This document shows positions 8,230 to 18,432 of a stretch of 52,591 nucleotides of DNA, piece after piece. A model generated the notes under the pieces. That model was given only the letters and a program-made list of their open reading frames with translations. It searched no databases and was not told the DNA's origin. Each line of letters starts with the position of its first letter. The stretch's first letter is position 1. The stretch spans positions 1 through 52,591 of the IMG/VR virus record IMGVR_UViG_3300025391_000002; one strand, 5' to 3'. The stretch comes from a virus. Taxonomy: Duplodnaviria > Caudoviricetes. The position numbers and the translations under genes are program-made.

Positions 8230-8578
8230 CATGGAAAAAGTATACGTTGATTTGCATAATTGTTTGTTAATGCCTAATGGCAATCCTAATAAAGACATGG
8301 TAAATTTGGTAAACACTTTATATAAGACATATAATATTATTATATGGACTGCTGACAATATAAATTATAAGGAATTAGAAAATAAATTACCTGATGATTT
8401 AAAATATAATGATGTTGCTGTTTGTACATTACCTGGTGGTGATGACATTCAAAGAAAGTTATATATTATTAAAGAAAAAGATGAAAATAATATAGCTTTT
8501 ATAATTGACAATAACAAACATGTTTGCAAGGCATTGGCTAAAAAAGGTATTAATACTTTAAGGTATAGGATTGGATAA
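8198..8578 (+). CDS. HAD/PNKP-phosphatase-like protein with a degenerate DxD motif (start likely MEKVYVD)
   Basis: VYVDLHNCL, IIIWTA, FIIDNN motifs. Confidence 0.55.
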   Translation: MNLIFLRRMNNMEKVYVDLHNCLLMPNGNPNKDMVNLVNTLYKTYNIIIWTADNINYKELENKLPDDLKYNDVAVCTLPGGDDIQRKLYIIKEKDENNIAFIIDNNKHVCKALAKKGINTLRYRIG

Positions 8579-9015
8579 TGTTTTTTGGAATAAAATATCC
8601 TAAAGGGGTTAAAAAAGCTCCTTATAATACTAAGGCTAAACAAGAAGCTAAAGCTAAAATTGAGGCTAATAAATTAAAAAGACAAATTACTCGTGAGCGA
8701 TTAATGGAAGAAGTAAGATATGATCCATTAACTGGTGATTTTTTTTGGTTAAGATCTAAACAAGGTAGACGGGGTATATTAGCTCAAAGTATAAATAGTG
8801 GGACAAGACATAATTGTTATCTTATTGACATTAACCATGTTCGATATGAGGCTCATAAAATGGCATGGTTATATATGACTGGGGAATCTCCAGGAATGGT
8901 TCTTCATAAAGATGGAAATAAATTTAATAATAAATTTGATAATTTATATCCTTGTAATCGTGTAGAATATAATAAGAAATTTAATAAAATTAAATGGGAA
9001 CGTTATGGCAACTGA
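8578..9015 (+). CDS. HNH endonuclease
   Basis: RYDPLTGDFFW...AHKMAWLYMTGE...HKDGNKFNNKFDNL. Confidence 0.85.
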   Translation: MFFGIKYPKGVKKAPYNTKAKQEAKAKIEANKLKRQITRERLMEEVRYDPLTGDFFWLRSKQGRRGILAQSINSGTRHNCYLIDINHVRYEAHKMAWLYMTGESPGMVLHKDGNKFNNKFDNLYPCNRVEYNKKFNKIKWERYGN

Positions 9016-9559
9016 TGTAGTAAAAGTAAAAAGTACATATTTGTTAAACAAAGAACGTAGAAAACATGAACCTATTTTTGTTACCGAATATGATCCTAAA
9101 TATTGTCGCTTATTATTAGATTACGCTTATAATAAATATAATGTAGATGGCTTTTTTTCTAGGTATCATATATTGCCTAGGACATCTGATAAATGGGCTC
9201 AAGAACATCAAGAATGGGCTGATGCTTTATCTATGGCTAATTTTAAAGTTAAAGAAGGTTTAAATGATGCTATAAATACTTTAGCTCGTTATGCTAGTGG
9301 TGATCAAAGATTAATTCAAAAAGTTATTGATTTTAACACTATGAAACAACTTATATTTAAAGTTTATGATACTACATTCCGTGAAGATGATAAAACTGGG
9401 GAATTAAAACGTAAAGGTATAGAAAGATCTAAAAAGAATAGAGCTGTTGCTGCGGAACATACAATTGATCAAACAGCTATGGAAATTGCTAAAAGTATGC
9501 AAAATATGGGCAATAATGACAAAAAAGATGATTTAGAGGCTAAAAATAATGAAGAATAA
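9005..9559 (+). CDS. Putative terminase small subunit
   Basis: TEYDPKYC start motif, helical, upstream of the large terminase. Confidence 0.55.
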   Translation: MATDVVKVKSTYLLNKERRKHEPIFVTEYDPKYCRLLLDYAYNKYNVDGFFSRYHILPRTSDKWAQEHQEWADALSMANFKVKEGLNDAINTLARYASGDQRLIQKVIDFNTMKQLIFKVYDTTFREDDKTGELKRKGIERSKKNRAVAAEHTIDQTAMEIAKSMQNMGNNDKKDDLEAKNNEE

Positions 9560-9743
9560 TTATAGAATTACGGATTTTAATAATAATTTTGTAATGTTTA
9601 TGGATGAAAATAAATTAACTGATTTAGATGTTAGTAAATATAAAGCTGATAAACTATTGGATGCGGAAATATTTGCTTATTACGATAAATTTTGTAAATT
9701 ACCTTTTTTAACCCGTTTAAATATACTATTTAGGAGAAAATAA
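9549..9743 (+). CDS. Hypothetical protein
   Basis: Coupled ORF. Confidence 0.5.
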   Translation: MKNNYRITDFNNNFVMFMDENKLTDLDVSKYKADKLLDAEIFAYYDKFCKLPFLTRLNILFRRK

Positions 9744-9745
9744 TT

Positions 9746-10003
9746 ATGGGAAGTACGTTAAATTCATTAATTACTGCTATTACTGGCGGTGTTGTTACTA
9801 TTAATGGTACTGTTGCTCAATTAACTAGGTTAACTTATCAACAAGAGTATATAAATAACATAAATACGGCTCAATTTGTACCTATTTTGTATTTTAATAC
9901 TCAAACTGGAAGTGTAAATATTAGTAATACTAATGTTTTATCAATTTTATATACTGATATTACTACTGCTGGTGATTGGGTTTGTTTAAATCAAACTAAT
10001 TAA
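9746..10003 (+). CDS. Hypothetical protein, possibly structural
   Basis: AGGAG RBS; T/N-rich. Confidence 0.6.
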   Translation: MGSTLNSLITAITGGVVTINGTVAQLTRLTYQQEYINNINTAQFVPILYFNTQTGSVNISNTNVLSILYTDITTAGDWVCLNQTN

Positions 10004-10005
10004 TT

Positions 10006-11640
10006 ATGAATAATCAATATCAAGAGTTATTAAATAAACAAGCTAATGGTACTATAAACCCTAGTGAGGCTATATTATTACATAAAACTTGGGTAATAAT
10101 GGCTCGTGATGATTTTCAGTTGTTTTGTACATTAATTCATGCTAAACGTGGTTACAAATGGATGTGGTTTCACAAATACATGCAATCTCGATTACAAGCA
10201 AAAGTTGATCCTAAAACTGAATATGATCGTACTCATGAACGTTTATTAATGCGTATTGGAGATCAACATACTAAAACCACAAATATTATGTTATTTATTT
10301 GCTGGTGTTTAGGTAAATACCCTAATAAACAATGTATGTATCTTACTTATGATAAAGAACGAGCCAAAGAAATTACCCCTGAAATTATTTCTATTCTGAT
10401 TGACCCCGTTTATAAAGAAATATTTCCTGATTTTATGTTACCCGATGAAATGTTTGATGTTGAACGTGAAGCTGAAAAATCTACTCAACGTATGACTAAT
10501 TTAACTATTACCAATGCTGGCAGTCCTAAATCTGGTAAACAAGGTAAATTGGTACTTGGTGGTATTGCCGATGTATTGGGTTTATCTGGTGATATTATTG
10601 TATGTGATGATTTATTATCTGGCGTATCAGAAGCTCTTAGTGAAAAAATAAGAGATACTAAATGGCGGACTTTTGCATCAGGGGTACTTTCTCGTCAACA
10701 AAAAAATTCAATTGTTATTGTAACTGGTACTTGGTGGCATAGAGAAGATATTATTGGTAGAATTCAAGATATTTATATTGATAATGAAGATAGATTAGAA
10801 GCAGGCACTAAATTATGGGAATTGGTGGAATTTAATAGCCAAAAAGATGAACGTGATTATCATTATGACCCTAGAAAAATTGGTGATTATTTATGGCCTG
10901 AAGAACGTATGCACGTTTATTTAGATCAAAAACAAACTTCATCTCTTGATTGGCAAATTAAACATCAAAATATACCTCTTGATGTTGATGGTGTGTTATT
11001 TAAAGTAACTAGTTTTAGAGTTTATGATTATCTTCCTGTTGACGTCAACGATATGATGGTTATTATATCTATGGATAGTAATTATAAAACAAAAGATACT
11101 AGCGATTGTGCTGGTATTACTATATGGGCCGTTCATAATACAAATGCTTATTTATTAGAATTTAATAACACTTCTCGATTTACAACTACTCAAGCAATGG
11201 ATGAATTAGCTCGTTTAACTAGAAAATATCCTAAATATCACGCTATTTTGGTAGAATTACATTCACAAGGCCAACCTATTTTAGATTTAGCTCCAATGTG
11301 GGGATTAACCCGTGTACAAGGTTTTGTACCACAAGGCCAAGGTAAAAAATGGGAACGTGCCCAAAGAGTATTGCCTATATTTGATTCAGGACAAATTTAT
11401 ATACCTAATGAAAAAAATTATGTTTCTATAAATATATTTACTAATCAATTTTTATCTTTTAATGGTGAAAATGGCCGTAAAGATGATTTGGTAGATTCTG
11501 CTACCCAAATGTTAATACATTTTGATTATTTATTTAGAGGTTCTTTTGCTCAAATTCCTAGAACTATTAAAACGCAAGATATTCTCGCTGGTAATATGAA
11601 ACGATTAATGAATAATAGTAGAATTCTTAGACGTTATTAA
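10006..11640 (+). CDS. terL: Terminase large subunit
   Basis: Variant Walker A GDQHTKT, Walker B IIVCDD, TWWHREDIIGR, nuclease ISMD...DDLVDSATQ. Confidence 0.92.
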   Translation: MNNQYQELLNKQANGTINPSEAILLHKTWVIMARDDFQLFCTLIHAKRGYKWMWFHKYMQSRLQAKVDPKTEYDRTHERLLMRIGDQHTKTTNIMLFICWCLGKYPNKQCMYLTYDKERAKEITPEIISILIDPVYKEIFPDFMLPDEMFDVEREAEKSTQRMTNLTITNAGSPKSGKQGKLVLGGIADVLGLSGDIIVCDDLLSGVSEALSEKIRDTKWRTFASGVLSRQQKNSIVIVTGTWWHREDIIGRIQDIYIDNEDRLEAGTKLWELVEFNSQKDERDYHYDPRKIGDYLWPEERMHVYLDQKQTSSLDWQIKHQNIPLDVDGVLFKVTSFRVYDYLPVDVNDMMVIISMDSNYKTKDTSDCAGITIWAVHNTNAYLLEFNNTSRFTTTQAMDELARLTRKYPKYHAILVELHSQGQPILDLAPMWGLTRVQGFVPQGQGKKWERAQRVLPIFDSGQIYIPNEKNYVSINIFTNQFLSFNGENGRKDDLVDSATQMLIHFDYLFRGSFAQIPRTIKTQDILAGNMKRLMNNSRILRRY

Positions 11641-11704
11641 ATAGTTAATTGAAATTAAATTAATTATATGTTAAAATGCACAAAGATTTTTAAGGACATA
11701 AATA

Positions 11705-13354
11705 ATGCCTAGAAAAAAAGCATTACTTAATTTACCATCAGAAAATGAAAATAGAATTGTTTTACAACCTGGTAAATACCCTAATATGGAAGCTGAATTA
11801 AAAGCTAGAGATATTAAATTACAATATCCAGTTAAAACCACTTCAACTCAAAATGCTATTGTTCAAGATTTAGTTAAAAGCCAAGGTTCATTTTTAGAAT
11901 TAATTAAAAAATCTGATCCTACACAAATACCTTTTGTTACTACTTCTATTGGTAATATGCTTGTAAACCCTTCTACTGTAAGCATTTCTACGCTTATGAA
12001 AGTTGCTCAAAATGAAATTGTAGCTAAATGCATGAGTTTAAATTCTGCATCTGTTGTAAATACACTTGGAGAAATACGCCATAAAGATAAACGTTCTGAA
12101 AAAATGTTACAAAAAAATGTTTATGAAACTGAAGGTGGATTACGAGATATTGTAGAAAAAATAATGACTGATGATGTATTTGGTTTTTCTTTAAATTATT
12201 TACGAGATTATATAGATAATAATGGAGAATGTAGACTTCAACAAATAGATTTATTACCACCTTCTGGAATATTATTTAGTGCAACGCCTCAAGGTAATAT
12301 TCAAAACATATACCAATATATTTATAGTTATCCATATGCTAATACACAAAATTTATTTTCTTTTCCATTTAATGCTGGCTACGGTGCACCTGGTGAAAAT
12401 GTTTATGGTGATCGTGGTGGTTATGGAGTAGACCCATTAGCCAGTTATGATAATGTTGATTTTGTATTAAGATCTAATGTATTAAATACTTTTGGATTAT
12501 TAGCATTAGATAAATCTAAAATTATACATTCAGTATGTGATTCAACAATTAAAATACAAAATCCATATGGTTATAATCCATTAACTCGTAGAGTATATGA
12601 TTTATGTTTAATGTATGATCTTTATAAACAATTGCATTCAACATTTTTAAGTTATAGGGCATGCCCTCTTTTAGTGGGTTATGCTGATGCAAATAAAAAT
12701 GTAGATGACCCAACTGGTCAAGGTGCTACTTTAAAAGCCATAGACGCTCTTTATAATAGCATGGCAGAAATGGGAACTAATGGAGCTTTAATATTATCAG
12801 GTCGTAAAGATGAAATATATAGCGTAGAAGCTGTACAAAGTCAAGGCGATACTAAAGCTTTTGAAAATGCTTTAACTTGGTATGCTAATCAAATTCAACA
12901 ATGTATGGGTCAATATAATTTAGAAGAAGGTAGTTTTGCCTCCGCTACAGCTCAAACAAGTATATATGGTAGAATTGTTGATAATAAAAAATCTAAAGTT
13001 AGTGATGTAATTCGTAAAAACATTTTTAAATATTTATTACAAAAAAACATTGACCCTAAAATAACTGATTTTGGTTATTTTGAAAATGATGTAATTAATT
13101 TAGATGATAGATTAAAAGTAGCAAAAATTAATAATGAAGCTTCTGTTAATAAAGGATTTATGCCAGGATTAATTAAATCACATAATGATTATCAAGCTAA
13201 ACAATTAGGATATCCAGTTTTAACCGATGAAGAATTTGAAGAAATTAAAAAATTAGCATTAATTGCAGATCATCCTATGGATAATACAAATAGAGTACAT
13301 TCAGCCGAAGCTCAAGATCATTATAATAATGCTGCTAAACATGATGGAATTTAA
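11705..13354 (+). CDS. Portal protein
   Basis: 549 aa directly after terL; FGFS and NPYG motifs. Confidence 0.75.
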   Translation: MPRKKALLNLPSENENRIVLQPGKYPNMEAELKARDIKLQYPVKTTSTQNAIVQDLVKSQGSFLELIKKSDPTQIPFVTTSIGNMLVNPSTVSISTLMKVAQNEIVAKCMSLNSASVVNTLGEIRHKDKRSEKMLQKNVYETEGGLRDIVEKIMTDDVFGFSLNYLRDYIDNNGECRLQQIDLLPPSGILFSATPQGNIQNIYQYIYSYPYANTQNLFSFPFNAGYGAPGENVYGDRGGYGVDPLASYDNVDFVLRSNVLNTFGLLALDKSKIIHSVCDSTIKIQNPYGYNPLTRRVYDLCLMYDLYKQLHSTFLSYRACPLLVGYADANKNVDDPTGQGATLKAIDALYNSMAEMGTNGALILSGRKDEIYSVEAVQSQGDTKAFENALTWYANQIQQCMGQYNLEEGSFASATAQTSIYGRIVDNKKSKVSDVIRKNIFKYLLQKNIDPKITDFGYFENDVINLDDRLKVAKINNEASVNKGFMPGLIKSHNDYQAKQLGYPVLTDEEFEEIKKLALIADHPMDNTNRVHSAEAQDHYNNAAKHDGI

Positions 13355-13359
13355 TTATT

Positions 13360-14955
13360 ATGGATGAAATAAGTTTTAATAATTACATTCCCAAACAAAT
13401 AGATTTAGAAAAAAAATATCAAGATGAATTAAATGTTGTTTTAAATGGATTGTTAGCTACATTATTTGCTTATATTGATTCTGATGGTAATATTACCCCA
13501 ACAACATTATCAAATGTATTTATGCAGTTTATGGCTTCATATGGTCAAGTAATAAAAGATATTAATTATAAACATGCCAAAGAAGTTGATAATTTAGCTA
13601 ATAACATTTATGGTAATGTTAAAAATAATACAGAATCTATAAATATAATTGCCAAAGATTTAAATGTAAAAACAGATGATTTATTTAATTCAGTAAAAGG
13701 TAGATTTTTAGATCAAATACCTGCTGCACCTATAGTTATTAAAAATAATATATTTACAGATGCAAATACTAAAGAAGATATTACTAAAAGATGTGTTAAT
13801 TCATTAGAATTATTTAGTACTGATGTAACATCCCAATCTATGGTTGGTTTGTTATTATTAGCTGCCGTAAATGATGATTATGATTGGTATATTGGTGATA
13901 ATGAACATGATGATCGCGTAAGACATCAACACAAAATAGATAATGACGGTATTACTAAAAGATCTATTAAAAACCCACCACCTTCTGGTTTGCCAGGGTC
14001 TGAACGAAATTGTAGATGTAGAATTATAAAGATAGGAAAAAATATGAATTCAGTGAAATTATCAGGTGTTACAGGTAATTATATCGCAGTAAAACAAAAA
14101 CATGATGATCATATTGTGGTTTTATGTAGAGTTCTTACTGTTGGAACTTATACAGATATGAACGGTTTGTCAGTTTATGTTACTGAAAAAACGTTAAATG
14201 AATTGGCCACTAATTATAACAATAGGTTAGGGCAAGAATTTCATAAATATAAACAATCAATTTTAGAAAATCGCGATCATCTTGACCCTTCTTCTGTTGC
14301 TGCTATTGATGGAATGACTATAGAAGATTTTGATTTATTGCCAAATAAAGTAGATCATAATTATGGCAAAATTAGAGATTCAGTTGGAAATGTTATTGGC
14401 AAAGTATTTGTTAAAGAATCATTAGGTAAATTAGCGTTATTTGCACATATTAAAGTTAAACTTGAAGAAAATATTAAAAATGTTGTATCTGGTTTATGGC
14501 GTAATTTATCTTTAGGATTTAATACTGAAACTAATGAAATGACGGAAGTTTCTTGGGTAGATATGGGGGCTGATCCTGATGCACAAAAAATATTAAGTGC
14601 ACCTGTAAATACATATACATCAAATGTAAATTTAACGCCAAATTTTAGCAATCCAATATTGGATGTGTTATTAACATTTGATGATACAATAGCATTATTA
14701 CAAGCAAAAATACATGTTAAAGAACGATCAATACAATTATGTAAACAACGCAGAATTACATTTGCTGATAAAAATATTATTGAAACAAAATTGTCAAATA
14801 TTAAAGATGTAAAACTTATTAATAATATTTTTGATATTTTAGATGATTATATACCATTACAAACAAAAAAAGAACAAATGATTTATTTATCACAAGATGA
14901 AGCTAAATCTTTTGGGGAAACTATGATGGCATGTAGCAATTCTAAAATATATTAA
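13360..14955 (+). CDS. Mu gpF/SPP1 gp7-like minor head domain fused to a putative prohead protease
   Basis: DDRVRHQH...PGSERNCRCR then VDH...LSLG...EVSWV..GAD; in-frame internal ATG at 14044 with AGGA RBS. Confidence 0.7.
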   Translation: MDEISFNNYIPKQIDLEKKYQDELNVVLNGLLATLFAYIDSDGNITPTTLSNVFMQFMASYGQVIKDINYKHAKEVDNLANNIYGNVKNNTESINIIAKDLNVKTDDLFNSVKGRFLDQIPAAPIVIKNNIFTDANTKEDITKRCVNSLELFSTDVTSQSMVGLLLLAAVNDDYDWYIGDNEHDDRVRHQHKIDNDGITKRSIKNPPPSGLPGSERNCRCRIIKIGKNMNSVKLSGVTGNYIAVKQKHDDHIVVLCRVLTVGTYTDMNGLSVYVTEKTLNELATNYNNRLGQEFHKYKQSILENRDHLDPSSVAAIDGMTIEDFDLLPNKVDHNYGKIRDSVGNVIGKVFVKESLGKLALFAHIKVKLEENIKNVVSGLWRNLSLGFNTETNEMTEVSWVDMGADPDAQKILSAPVNTYTSNVNLTPNFSNPILDVLLTFDDTIALLQAKIHVKERSIQLCKQRRITFADKNIIETKLSNIKDVKLINNIFDILDDYIPLQTKKEQMIYLSQDEAKSFGETMMACSNSKIY

Positions 14956-14997
14956 AATTTTCACTTATTTGCATTATATTTTTTATTATGCTAATAT
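14952..14997 (+). promoter_or_regulatory. Late promoter, copy A
   Basis: TTGCAT...TGcTAATAT; 14952-14990 identical to 22150-22188. Confidence 0.75.
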
Positions 14998-15029
14998 AGT
15001 GGAAATTTATTCCTTAACCTTTTTATAAA

Positions 15030-15524
15030 ATGGAGAAAAAAATGGCTGATCTTGACATATCATCAATTATAGAAGCTGTATCAACTGGAAAAATTAATTT
15101 AACTGAAGACCAAACAAATCAAGTTAAATTATCTAAAGAAAAAAAACTTTCTGATCATAAAGCAGATTGTAAAAGACATTTGGCTGCTTTAGAAGAAGCT
15201 GCTGATAAAGAAGAAGATGAAGACAAAAAGAAAAAACTTAGCAAAAAAGCTAAAAAATTAAAAGCTAAAATGTCTGAATCTGAAGAAGATGGTGAAGAAA
15301 TTGATTTATCAATGTATCCAATTGATGAAGCTTCTTTGTCAAGCCTTAGTGATGAAATTAGTGAACTTAAATCAGTTGTTAAAAATTTAACTAATTTAAT
15401 GGCTGAAACACAATCAGGAATGGCTAAATTATCTGCTGCTCCAAAACAAACAAAAGATGAAACAATTGCTAAATTAAAATCTGCTCTTGCAGATGCTATA
15501 CAATTGGCTGAAGGAGATAAATAA
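15030..15524 (+). CDS. Putative scaffolding protein
   Basis: Highly charged coiled-coil protein between protease and capsid genes. Confidence 0.6.
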   Translation: MEKKMADLDISSIIEAVSTGKINLTEDQTNQVKLSKEKKLSDHKADCKRHLAALEEAADKEEDEDKKKKLSKKAKKLKAKMSESEEDGEEIDLSMYPIDEASLSSLSDEISELKSVVKNLTNLMAETQSGMAKLSAAPKQTKDETIAKLKSALADAIQLAEGDK

Positions 15525-16483
15525 TGAGTTTACAAGCTAATATTAATCAAACTGCTGCTCAAATTAATTTTTCTGCATTAATTGTTGGTGAACAACCAGC
15601 TATTACAAAACCATTACAATTACAACCAGGTGCATGGAAAGCTGGCTTTTTAAATATGGTTGGTTATAAAGCAAGTACAAATCAATATGTATTATTTAAT
15701 GCTACAGATAACACCCAAAAATTTTATGGTTTAACTTATGATAATTGGGTAAATGTTAATGGTTTTATAGCATCACAAAATCCATATACGTTTACTGGTA
15801 ATATTTCAACAGCATTAGGAAATGCTGGAGAAACTTATGTTCAATCATTTACTTGTACAACAGATTCTACTACTACTTTAACAGATTTAAGTATTAATGC
15901 TAATAATTTAGCAATTGGTACTGTATTATCTGGAACAGCTTTTACACCTGGAACTACTGTAGCAACTATTGTATCTTCTTCAAGTATTACGGTTTCTAAT
16001 GCTGCATTAACTGCTGGTTTTAGTGTTGCAGTTACTGCTGTTACTAGTGGTATTGTTACAGGTAATCAACCTGGAAATAATGGAATAAATCCATATCCTG
16101 CTACAAGCGTTATTACTGGAATTACTTCAACTGTTAATATTGTTGTAAATTCATTATTAACTGGAACTGGAATTCCATCTGGATGTATAGTTCTTGAGCT
16201 TTTATCAAACAATTCTATTTTAGTTTCTGGTAATGTTACAGCTACTACTACAGGTGTTACTCTTACGTCTTATTATACTACTAATAGTAATATGCTTATT
16301 AATGTTGCAACAACTCAAAATCCATCAACACAATTTGTTTATAGTGCTATTGTTGGTGCTCAAGGTGGACAAACAGATATTAATGCATTAATAGCATCTG
16401 GTAATGCTGAATTATTAACATTGCCAAATGGTCAAACTGGAATCGAAGTAGTTACTTTTAACTTTATGGGAGTATTAGCATAA
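15524..16483 (+). CDS. Putative head decoration protein with inserted beta-rich repeat modules
   Basis: Directly before the MCP; two GTAFTPGT/GTGIPSG modules. Confidence 0.55.
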   Translation: MSLQANINQTAAQINFSALIVGEQPAITKPLQLQPGAWKAGFLNMVGYKASTNQYVLFNATDNTQKFYGLTYDNWVNVNGFIASQNPYTFTGNISTALGNAGETYVQSFTCTTDSTTTLTDLSINANNLAIGTVLSGTAFTPGTTVATIVSSSSITVSNAALTAGFSVAVTAVTSGIVTGNQPGNNGINPYPATSVITGITSTVNIVVNSLLTGTGIPSGCIVLELLSNNSILVSGNVTATTTGVTLTSYYTTNSNMLINVATTQNPSTQFVYSAIVGAQGGQTDINALIASGNAELLTLPNGQTGIEVVTFNFMGVLA

Positions 16484-17994
16484 TGAACAATTCAATTAAC
16501 ATAATTAAACAAAATGAAATTTTACAAAATCCAAGTTATGCTGAATGGAAAGCATCAGGTAAATTATATTCTAAACGTAATTTATGGTTAGATAAATTTG
16601 GTGATTTAGATAAAACATTGGGCGATAACGTTCAATTAATGCGTTCTATGAATATTCATAAACAAGAATCAGATTATACTGATCTTGCTATGGATACATT
16701 TGCACGCTTTTTTAAATTAACTGGTGCTACTGCTGTTGTTCCTACTAATAATGGCAATGCTAAATTAAGCATGCCTGATATTAATTTTAATAAAAATAAA
16801 TTATTATCTAGTATGGAAAAATTAAATGTTGATACTAGTGTGTTGGGTAAAAATGCTCAATTAGCAACATATAATAATGATTTATTATCTTATAATAACA
16901 TGATTATTGGTATGTACGATCAAATTACACCTACTAACGTTTCTTCTATTATGGAAGATTTCCCAGAAGCTATGTACCCAGCTATTGGTTTATATATTGC
17001 TTCATGGTCAGCAATTAGAGGTATGACTCATCAACATCAAAGTGGTAACGGGTTTTTTGAAACTAAAAAACGTGATGTTGATTATCAATTCTTCCAAACT
17101 CAAAAATTTGCAGAAAAAAACGTTTGGCATGAAGAAGAAGTTATAGGTTTACGTCAACCAGATTCTAATACATTTATGGAAAAAGGTTTACCTATATACA
17201 TGGCTAAAAATATGGCTATGTTAGAACATCGTAGACAAACTCGTATTGTATTTGATACTTATAGAACAATTTATGATGGTGTTATTTACAACAATAATGC
17301 TCCTATAAGTTCTAATATATCTCCGCTTAATAGATTTACTGGTTCACAAATTGGTGGTGCTCCTTGGGCTACTTTTGATCCAGTTTCTGGTGCGGTAACA
17401 AGTGTAAACTCTTCTGTAAACGTTTTAGTATCATTGCGTAATTTAGTTCATGCATTGTTGAAAAAATATACTGGATATGTTCTTAAAATGAAAATGTGTT
17501 CATTAACACTTGCTGCAATTTTAGATAATCCATCTATTACTGCAATTAATCAAGTTGGTCCTGGTTTTATGGCTGGAAACGGTATTTTACCTGGTGATGA
17601 AAAACAATTAGAAACAATACTTAAACAATTTTTAGCAACTAATGTACAACTTGAAGTTGTTATTGATGATGCAATGTATACTGCTGACAATCAAGATCCA
17701 CTTGGTCGTACACCAGGTGAAACTTATTTCTTAAATGATGTGGGTAAAATTGCTATTCTTCCTCAAGTTCAAGCTACTGGTGCTGCTATGGGTGGTTATA
17801 ATTATACTCCTGTTGTTCAAAACGGTGGTATGTATAATCCACAACCAGGTGCAGCTTTCTTTATGATTGATACGTTTGCTTCTAATACTACTCAAGGTAT
17901 GGAAAATCCTAGTCTTTCTCAAGCTGTAGTTTGGAGTGCATTGCCTTGTGTGTATCGTCCACAAGATTTATATACTTTAGATATTAGTCAATAA
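16483..17994 (+). CDS. Major capsid protein with a long N-terminal extension
   Basis: 503 aa; position, size and C-terminal SALPCVYRPQDLYTLDI typical of an HK97-fold MCP; terminator follows. Confidence 0.75.
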   Translation: MNNSINIIKQNEILQNPSYAEWKASGKLYSKRNLWLDKFGDLDKTLGDNVQLMRSMNIHKQESDYTDLAMDTFARFFKLTGATAVVPTNNGNAKLSMPDINFNKNKLLSSMEKLNVDTSVLGKNAQLATYNNDLLSYNNMIIGMYDQITPTNVSSIMEDFPEAMYPAIGLYIASWSAIRGMTHQHQSGNGFFETKKRDVDYQFFQTQKFAEKNVWHEEEVIGLRQPDSNTFMEKGLPIYMAKNMAMLEHRRQTRIVFDTYRTIYDGVIYNNNAPISSNISPLNRFTGSQIGGAPWATFDPVSGAVTSVNSSVNVLVSLRNLVHALLKKYTGYVLKMKMCSLTLAAILDNPSITAINQVGPGFMAGNGILPGDEKQLETILKQFLATNVQLEVVIDDAMYTADNQDPLGRTPGETYFLNDVGKIAILPQVQATGAAMGGYNYTPVVQNGGMYNPQPGAAFFMIDTFASNTTQGMENPSLSQAVVWSALPCVYRPQDLYTLDISQ

Positions 17995-18020
17995 ACTAAT
18001 TATATAAATAAGTTAATTAA

Positions 18021-18052
18021 AATACCCCTCATATAAAAATGGGGGGGGTATT
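18021..18052. terminator. Bidirectional terminator
   Basis: AATACCCCTC...GGGGGGTATT hairpin between convergent genes. Confidence 0.7.
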
Positions 18053-18333
18053 TATTCCCATCCAATATGAATTAATGTTATTGCTATAAAAAGCATACAT
18101 AGCCATAAACAAAATCCCACTAAAAATTGAACACTAGAAAATCTTAAAAGTATTCCAATTAACCCGCAAAACAATGAAATAAATATAACGGATATTCCTT
18201 TAACTAATTTTTCTTTTGTTATTAATTGTGACCCTAAAATACAACCAATTATTAAAGTTATAATTGGAAATGCTATTAATCCTAAAGTTCCTATTAAAAG
18301 TCCATATAAATATAATTTATTTATTATTTTCAT
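18052..18333 (-). CDS. Small membrane protein (~3 TM) in the moron
   Basis: Almost entirely hydrophobic 93 aa. Confidence 0.7.
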   Translation of the reverse strand: MKIINKLYLYGLLIGTLGLIAFPIITLIIGCILGSQLITKEKLVKGISVIFISLFCGLIGILLRFSSVQFLVGFCLWLCMLFIAITLIHIGWE

Positions 18334-18419
18334 TTTATTCCTATTATTAAACTATTACTTGAATCAACCCTTAATTCTGGATCTTGGCCGACATTGCCAG
18401 TTATAATTATTTTTTTCAT
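18330..18419 (-). pseudogene. 5' fragment of an ssb gene
   Basis: MKKIIITGNVGQDPELR matches the SSB N-terminus; stops after 29 aa; AGGA RBS. Confidence 0.7.
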
Positions 18420-18432
18420 TTATATTTCCTTT

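Noticed and set aside
10240-10285. Terminase Walker A GDQHTKT as a sign of inactivation
   Set aside because: The Lys-Thr pair, Walker B and nuclease Asp residues are intact, and H-T-K-S/T variants occur in this terminase family.
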